Origin: the human T2T-CHM13v2.0 reference genome, Homo sapiens
DNA length: 64,000 nt
Assembly: GCF_009914755.1 (NCBI RefSeq)
Contig: NC_060925.1
Strand: one strand, 5' to 3'
Part shown: positions 56,881 through 64,000 of the stretch, one piece after another
Numbering within the stretch: position 1 is the first letter of the stretch
Layout: every line of letters begins with the position of its first letter
The notes under the pieces: model-generated
Database searches by the model: none
What the model saw: only the letters and a program-made list of their open reading frames with translations
Told to the model about the DNA's origin: nothing
Program-made: the position numbers and the translations under genes

Positions 56881-59863
56881 AGCATTGTGTTTTTTTTCTT
56901 AAGGAATTCCTCACTGAGGAAACATGAAGCAGTAGAAGAAATATGTATATCATTTAAATGTCTTAGAATAAGTTTAGGCCAACTCACAAACATATTGGAA
57001 TACCTTTTTGAAGCAAATGGAATTTAATTTGCTTTCTTTTTAGTTACTGTCTAAAATTATTTGGCTTGTCAATTAGACAGGGTGACCTTGTGGGAAAGGC
57101 TAAGAGAGCAGATAGAGTAGGTTGCTTTCCCTTTCTGTCTTTATCTTCTGGGGCCCAGTTGTTTTTTTTTTCTTTCTTTCTTTTTTTTTTTTTAATTCTA
57201 GGTTCATTGGTTAGTGGTCACTTTTAGATTGTCACCTACCAATATACTTCTGGAAAACAAGTATTGTGAATTCTACAGAACTTTCATTTCTTCCAGAAAT
57301 CTTTGAAATTAAAGGTTTTATATTCAAAACAACCTGGACCAAAATACCTTTTCCCCTTTGAATGATTGGTATGCATAAATAATACTAGCCTGCTGACATT
57401 TACACATTTGCATTAATACATCTTAAGACTGAAATATGATGGAAATGCTGTAGGGCTGATAGTGGCACATTGTGCCACACTTAACAATGAAGAATGTGAT
57501 CATGTTCCTGGCACACACATATGCAAAAGGAATGTTAACTTTTCTAGAGAAGCAGTTGAGAGCCAATGTGAGATATTCTGCTTTCCTATGGGTAGGTGGG
57601 CAATTGCAGCTTGGATTTCACTTTAGAAATATGCTTGCAAATATAGGCACATTATTTAATTAAGTAATAATTGAGAAAGCGATAGTCCCCATTAAAAGAG
57701 CAAAGCTAATTCTGGGCTGTTAAAGGACTCTGAGCTGCCCTAAATAGGTCTTAATTAGCTGGTGCCAATGTGGCTCCACCTTCAGGGATGGATGAAATTA
57801 ATGAAAGCTAGCAGCAAATAGAATCAATATTTCAAGATGTTCCTGCCTCAGGTGAAGAGGATGAAAAGAAAGGGAGTCATTTTCAAAGACTGTTTAGGAA
57901 ACAATGCACATAAATCAATTTCTAAAAACATAAAATGGGACACTGATTTGTGAATACAGTATCAAGATCTCTACCTGGCTCATCTTTGCCAGCCTGTTCC
58001 ATCCATTCCCACTCAATCTTAAGGAGAGAAAAAGAAATCAGCGATGTGTCATTCCTCACTATCTTTGGGGGTGACAGTTTTATAAGCTAGCAAGGGTTTT
58101 AAGGGCAGCCCAGGTTTTGCTATTTCAGCTTGGCCATTTTGAAAGTTTCTTGTGTCATTGCGTGGTCAAGTGTAGAGATGAAATTGGCTCTCATCCCTCA
58201 GGTTTGCAAACCTTTAGTAATATCTAGAGTGGAAAGGGGTTTCAAGTCTTCTTCCTTGAAAATTTGGGAATCCTCTTGTAGGTCCCTCTGTCAACACACA
58301 AGGAAGCCGCCTTAACACACACAGTGTAGCTTGAAGGTGGAGGGCAAAAACCAAAACCAAAATAAAACAACTATGCTAGCCATATCTTAGAGTCGCCATG
58401 GGGTACAGAAATGTGCATAGTTTGCCCGAAGAAATGCCATACCTAGATTCCACAAACAAAGATGTCAGGTTATTCCTAACTCAGAATAAATACCTGCTAA
58501 CCCCAGGAAAACTTCGACCAAGAGATAATAGGCAAAAGACAGTATTAAAAACAGTATTTTCCATTTTTTTTTCATTTTGAAGATGGTCTTTGCAAATATA
58601 AGTATCTCAGCACTTTTTCAGGAGCAATGCTGACAAACCTCTGTTAGAATGAATTAATATCCCCATCCCAGCTGGTGTATTTGGCAGGAACAAAAAGTTC
58701 ATGCAGCAGTCATGGGCAGATCCATAGGACTCCTTAGTCAAAAAGCATAATACTGCATTCAGGGTTGTGTTTTCACGCTAACAAGCATTATGAAACAGGG
58801 GAACTTCCTTTTTACCATTATTTATGATGGCATTCAGTGACCTACATTAGGCCTCCTCTGTAATACAAATGCGCTGGAAATTAAAAATTCAAAAAAAAAA
58901 AGGAACGATCTATTTTAATAATGGGAGGTAGGGAAGGGCATTTGTAATTTATAAAGATATCAGTACAAACCTTTCATGTGTTTAAAAACACCCTCATGTG
59001 CACACACACACACACACACACACATATACAAATGCACTGGGTGAAACTCTGATGTATTTGACAAGACAATTTAGGATTAAAACAAGAGCAACATCTCAAG
59101 TTCAGTGATCATATTTTAAAGCAAAAAGCTGTGCAGGACATCAGTGGTTGTGGAAATCAAGACTTCCAAGCAGTCTACTGAGTGAAATAAAGTTCTCTGG
59201 GCCAGAGGATGACTTGACAGAAGGCCAGATTCTCAGAAAAAATTATACTGTATAGAAAAAAAATCCCAGTAGACATGTATGCTCAACAGTTCTCTAGATG
59301 TAGTGGCTTTTAAACCCCCAAAGGGTGTGAAACTCAAAGGCAAAAGTAGGCCTTAAATGGGAAGCTTCATTAAAATGTATACAGACTTTTAAATTTTATA
59401 CAGGCTTTAAAGGGTTTATTTATTTATGCATCATGGGATCTATCTCTGTAGTTGACTTACTTCTCTCTTACAATTATTTCTCCTCTCCTTAGATTTTTTT
59501 TTGACCTATGCCTCCTTCTTCAAGTTTAGTTCAAAATTAAGACAAGTAAGGATAGTTACATTCTTGTCTTTAAAACATATGAGCCAGCAGCAATCTCTGT
59601 TTTTTCTCTATTCTTGGATGCTTGACTCTTTTTAAGACAGAGTTGGTTGTTTTGAAAATTTTCATCCTATACTACGCCCATCTGTACTACTAGATGTTTA
59701 ATTGCTTGGGCAAATATTTCAAAATACCTTTCACTGTGTCTGGGATGTTATAAGAGCTCTACAGATGTTTGCCGAATTGAATTTTTGCTTCTCTGTAAAC
59801 AGACTTCTTATTAGATATGGTATTACTGACCTACATGGACTCCTCTAGTTAGCTCTTTTTCTT

Positions 59864-60021
59864 TCTTTCTTTTGTTCTTGTTTGTTCTTTCTTTCTTTCT
59901 TTTTTTTTTTTTTGTTTGTTTGTTTCAAGGAGTGGAAAGTTTAATAGGCAAGAAAGAAGGAAAAAGCTCCCCGTGCAGAGACAGAGGGAGGGGTGCTCCG
60001 AGCGGAGAGAGAAAAACCCCA
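59864..60021 (-). mobile_element. Polyadenylated retroposed fragment of an ERV1 LTR R region (MER61-like) with 14-bp TSD
   Basis: The minus strand reads GGGGTTTTTCTCTCTCCGCTCGGAGCACCCCTCCCTCTGTCTCTGCACGGGGAGC...CTTGCCTATTAAACTTTCCACTCCTTG followed by an A-rich tail. Flanks are tagctctttttctt (59850-59863) and tagctccttttctt (60022-60035). Confidence 0.75.
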
Positions 60022-60064
60022 TAGCTCCTTTTCTTAGTGAAGAGTAGGTCCTCTAGATCAGTAC

Positions 60065-60200
60065 AGTGCTTTTCAAACTTTAATGTACATCAAGCCACCT
60101 GCTGACCCAAATGATTTGAGGCAGGGCCTGAGAATTTTCATTTTTAACAAGTTTCCAGGCCCGGCCATCCTGTTCATCTGCAGATGGCACTTTGAATTAT
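60065..60200 (-). mobile_element. MER5A, internally deleted
   Basis: cagtgcttttcaaactttaatgtacatca...gggcctgagaattttcatttttaacaagtttccagg...cactttgaa. Confidence 0.75.
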
Positions 60201-60609
60201 GCTATTAACAAAGTAAAAGACATTCATTTTTTCTTGAACCAAATAAATACACAAGTCAAGAATATCTGTTTCCCAAATAGCTTTGTAATCTGCTTGTAGT
60301 TGGATCCTAACTTTGTGATCCTGCCCTATTCCTTAGCAAATTAATAATGGGGCTCAGAGAAGTCCTTAAGAATTCAACTGGAGACTTGTGTATCTGAATT
60401 GTGTTTATGTGTTCATTTCTTTCATTGAACAACAACACATGTCCTAAGGACAGGGACTACACCCATCTCCATTTTATTCTCAGATCTAGCATAGCGGTGG
60501 TTAGCCATAAAATACAGTACCAAAAGAATGTATTATTTTCACTCTCTGTCTTTCAGTTAAAGGGGCCATGGATGTTTCAAGTGTCCTTAAATTGACCTCA
60601 GCAGTAACT

Positions 60610-61050
60610 CCTTTTCTTTGTTCTATTATTATCACTACCACTGCTCTAGTTTAGGCCTTCTTTACCTCACACATACGTGACTGCTTATCTAGTCCTACCT
60701 CTATGTTTTGGCAGAGATAGTTCCCTCTGCCTAAATTGCACTTCCCCCTGTCACCATGCACACACATGCAGGCCATACTTTATGAACAAGTCAAATGTTA
60801 CCTTTTCATGAAGCCTCTTGTAATATCCCTACAGAATTCCTACTTCCCCTGAAAATCGTAGGGTTATGGACTTCCTTGTTATAGAAATAATAACTTTCTA
60901 CCATGCGTTATTGTTATTTATGTTTAATCTCTTCAAGTGGTCCATAAACTATTTGAGGGAATACCAGCCTTGTTTCTCCAAGCACCTTGACATAATGCTT
61001 GACTTTAATAGGTATTCAGTAAAGATTTAATGGGTGAATGAATAAATAAA
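60610..61050 (+). mobile_element. L2 fragments
   Basis: ccactgctctagtttaggcc...caaatgttaccttttcatgaagcct...taggtattcagtaaagattt...tgaatgaata. Confidence 0.6.
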
Positions 61051-61774
61051 TGGACGAGTAAAAGAAGAAATAACACTTAATATCTTTTTTAAGCTTAAAA
61101 GTCCCTTTGCCATTGTTGAAATACCAGTGAATTTCAAAATACTTTTTTTCAACAAGAAGGGTCACAGCAATGCCAAAGAGGCAAGTTCTAGGATTGGATT
61201 TTGATAGAAAAGTTTCCACAGTTCTATTTAGAGAGACCACGTCTTACTTTACTTTACCCAAAGGCTGGCAAATCTATTACCTTCTCTAGGGATTTTGTGA
61301 TTGGGCACTGGGTTTTTAATAAGTAACTGGCAGAGCCATTCCTCAAATACAGGTTTCCATTTTAGTTTCACTTCAGTTGTGAAGCAAATTCCAAGGCTTC
61401 ACTCACAATTCTGTTAGCTGTCAGTTGCCTGGTGAGAAAGCAAATCCTAGTACCCAAAGTCAAAGTTATACTCTTGGGCTTCAGGAGGCAAATATAAGCA
61501 CCACCACAGAAGTCAGAAAACAAAATACCCAAGTAAAGGAGAACTGAAAACTCTCATAAAACAACCTGAGCTTCTCTACCAAACTTTAAATTGCCCTCCA
61601 GAAAATATTTTCTTCTTTGGTAACAAAGAAAATAAATTGCCTTACTTTTTAAATGCCTTCATGATGAACATAAAGAAAAGAAAAAATTGGTAGTTGTGTC
61701 TTTCAACCAACTGCATAAATGAAGAATAAATTTGTATATAGACTAAGAGGAAAATTAATGAAAGCATTTCTGGC

Positions 61775-62165
61775 ATATTCAGATCATGTCACTCTCCTGC
61801 TCAAAATCCTGCAATAGTCCTCCATTTTCCTTAGAATAAAAACACGTGTTTACAGTGACTTCCAATCACTTCTGATGAGTCTACCATGATAGCATTTAAA
61901 ATTGAAATCCTTACCTCACATACCCAGCATTCCCAATTTTCCTTACCTTGTTCTATTTTATTTTTTTCTCTTATAGCATTACCTTCTAACATTCTATATA
62001 ATATACTTATTTATTTTAATTTTTAGTGTTTTCTATGTATTTCTCCTACTGGGATATGAGTTCTCTAAGGCCAAGGATCATTGTTTTGTTCACTAATATA
62101 TCTCAAGCACCTAGAAGAATATATGTTGTGTAGTAGACACTCAATATTTGCTAAATAAATGACCT
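61775..62165 (+). mobile_element. L2 3' end
   Basis: cagatcatgtcactctcctgctcaaaatcct...ttttgttcactaatatatctcaagcacctagaa...ctcaatatttgctaaataaatga. Confidence 0.8.
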
Positions 62166-62498
62166 AGAGGTGGAAAAACAATTGAATAAAGGATTCAGGC
62201 AAACTTGCAAAAAGTTATCATGGGGGTCTTTAATCGCTTAAAGAAAAAAATGCATCCACTCAGAAACAGTGCAATTAAGTTACAAGTTTAAGGCTGTTTT
62301 TTCTGCTGTTGTTTTACAAAAAGGTGCTAGTATTGAAGCTGTCTTATCCAAGAGATCATCATTGCACTCAAGGAACTGGTCTGACTGATTTTTATTCTTC
62401 AACACATGGACCAGTTGTTTAAACAGAATTGATTTCTGATTTCTTTGGTATCCAGGGGAAACAGCAAAAATGTCTCATTCTTATTTGGATTAGTAGAA

Positions 62499-62683
62499 CA
62501 GCGGTTCTCAAACGTGAGCTTGCATCAGAATTACAAGGGGTGCTGATTAAAACACAGATTGCTGGGCTCATTCCTGGACTTTCTGGGTTGGTATGCTTGG
62601 ATTGAGGCCCAAGAGTTTGCATTTCTAACAGAATTCCAGGCAATGTTGCTGCTGGTCCTGGGATCACACTTCAAGAACTACCG
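62499..62683 (-). mobile_element. MER5A, full length
   Basis: cagcggttctcaaac...tgcatcagaatta...aaaacacagattgctgggc...tttgcatttctaaca...gctggtcctgggatcacacttcaagaactac. Confidence 0.92.
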
Positions 62684-64000
62684 TGATAAAGAATTCTAAG
62701 ATATCAAGTCACATTCAATTATTTTGAACATTTGGTCCTATAATCTTTATTCTATTGGCATATTGTTGCACGAACATCTAGCACTATTTTTGTTATGATA
62801 TTTTTCACGGCGAGGAGTTTTTTAACCTCCTGTGAAAGTCCTACTGCAACTCTGTCATTTTATTCTTCACTTTCTTAAGATCTTGCTCCTCTGTAATTAT
62901 ACCAGATGGTGCTGCTCAGTAGCTTATAAGGGAGTGATGCTTCATCATTCTAGACAGAGAGACAAATCACTCTGTTCTCTGACTTTTGAATCAAGAATCA
63001 ACATTTGTGTGTATGTTCAACCTGCTATTTGCTTTGCAATTTTGCTCATTAGGTATTTATTACCCTGACAGTGTATGAGTTAGTCATTTTCCTTCTGCCG
63101 TGTAGTTCAGATTAGCACTGTTTGACAACTGCCATCATCACAGCATTACCTCCAATAATATGTAATTTCTTTTTTGCCTATGTTATCTGGGTGAGGTAGT
63201 TATCTAGGAAGTATATCTACAAACGGAAGATCACAAACAGCATTCAGTTCTCTGACTTATCATGTTAGAAATGGATAACTAGGGCCATTTCCTTGGAGTT
63301 TCTAGCCCTGCGATTGGCATTGCTGAAAAGAAAGGAATATTATGACCAAAGCCAAGCGTTCTTTTTCATTTATTGTATGCTTTTTTTATGAAGAAGGTGG
63401 TATGAGGGAAGCATACAATTTAATGAGAAGCATTGAAAAAGAACAGAAACATTTATTAAGCTCTACTGGCAAAATGGATAGGCAACCCTTTACAGAAACA
63501 TGGAAACCATGCAGAGCAGAGAACTGGTTAAAATTTAGAATGTGGAAAACAGTCTTATCTGAGATATTCAACAATTGGAGCAAAAACATATTTTCTTTTT
63601 CTTTATAATCTTCACTAAAAGGAGAACTAAAGTTATTACTAGATAACTCATGCAAAGGCACTATTACAGGCATGTAATAACATTCTTCTGACGTGAATAG
63701 GTTGTTTATTCTCTCCTAAAATACTTCTCTACACAGTTTTAATATTAAACTTATGAAATTTTCTTGAACTTTTGTTGATTGGAGGGTAGTAGAGAGAGAA
63801 GGGGATATAGTTGGGAGCTTTTGGGAAGGATTGTCAATCTATCTTAATTCTTCTAGTTGATAGTAGATTTTTGACCATTAAATCTTTACTAACAAAGGTG
63901 TTAATATCCTCGTAATGAAATGAGTGTCCTACACTACATCAGCTGTATCATTGTGGAGGTACAAAAGCTCCGAAGGTAAATGCAAAACAAAGAATGGTTG

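Noticed and set aside
63342-63673. Overlapping 88- and 95-aa ORFs on opposite strands
   Set aside because: No recognisable domain, splice structure or homology; lengths are within chance expectation.

Overview
AT-rich, CpG-depleted primate (most likely human) genomic DNA from inside a large gene. The only supportable protein-coding sequence is one 410-nt internal exon on the + strand (51966-52375). Its translation (PLQLDCDLCAIVSNSG...KKETGKDR) contains sialylmotif L and matches my recollection of ST6GALNAC3 exon 3 (GT29 alpha-2,6-sialyltransferase). Everything else is intron, dense in transposable-element remnants: about 12 Alu/FLAM copies, a two-LTR MaLR (MSTA-like) provirus, a THE1D solo LTR, an ERV1-class solo LTR with nested L1 and Alu insertions, old L1, L2, MIR and CR1 fragments, and hAT-Charlie MITEs. 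The other ORFs in the track are repeat-derived or chance. I found no prokaryote-like novel system. The most unusual items are: (i) an apparently L1-retroposed, polyadenylated copy of only the R region of a MER61-like LTR, with a 14-bp TSD (59850-60035); (ii) a solo LTR flanked by a ~31-bp direct repeat rather than a 4-5-bp TSD; (iii) several candidate cryptic or poison exons, one with a TDP-43-type UG tract next to the donor. Repeat subfamily names come from recalled consensus sequences, and the boundaries of old elements are approximate.
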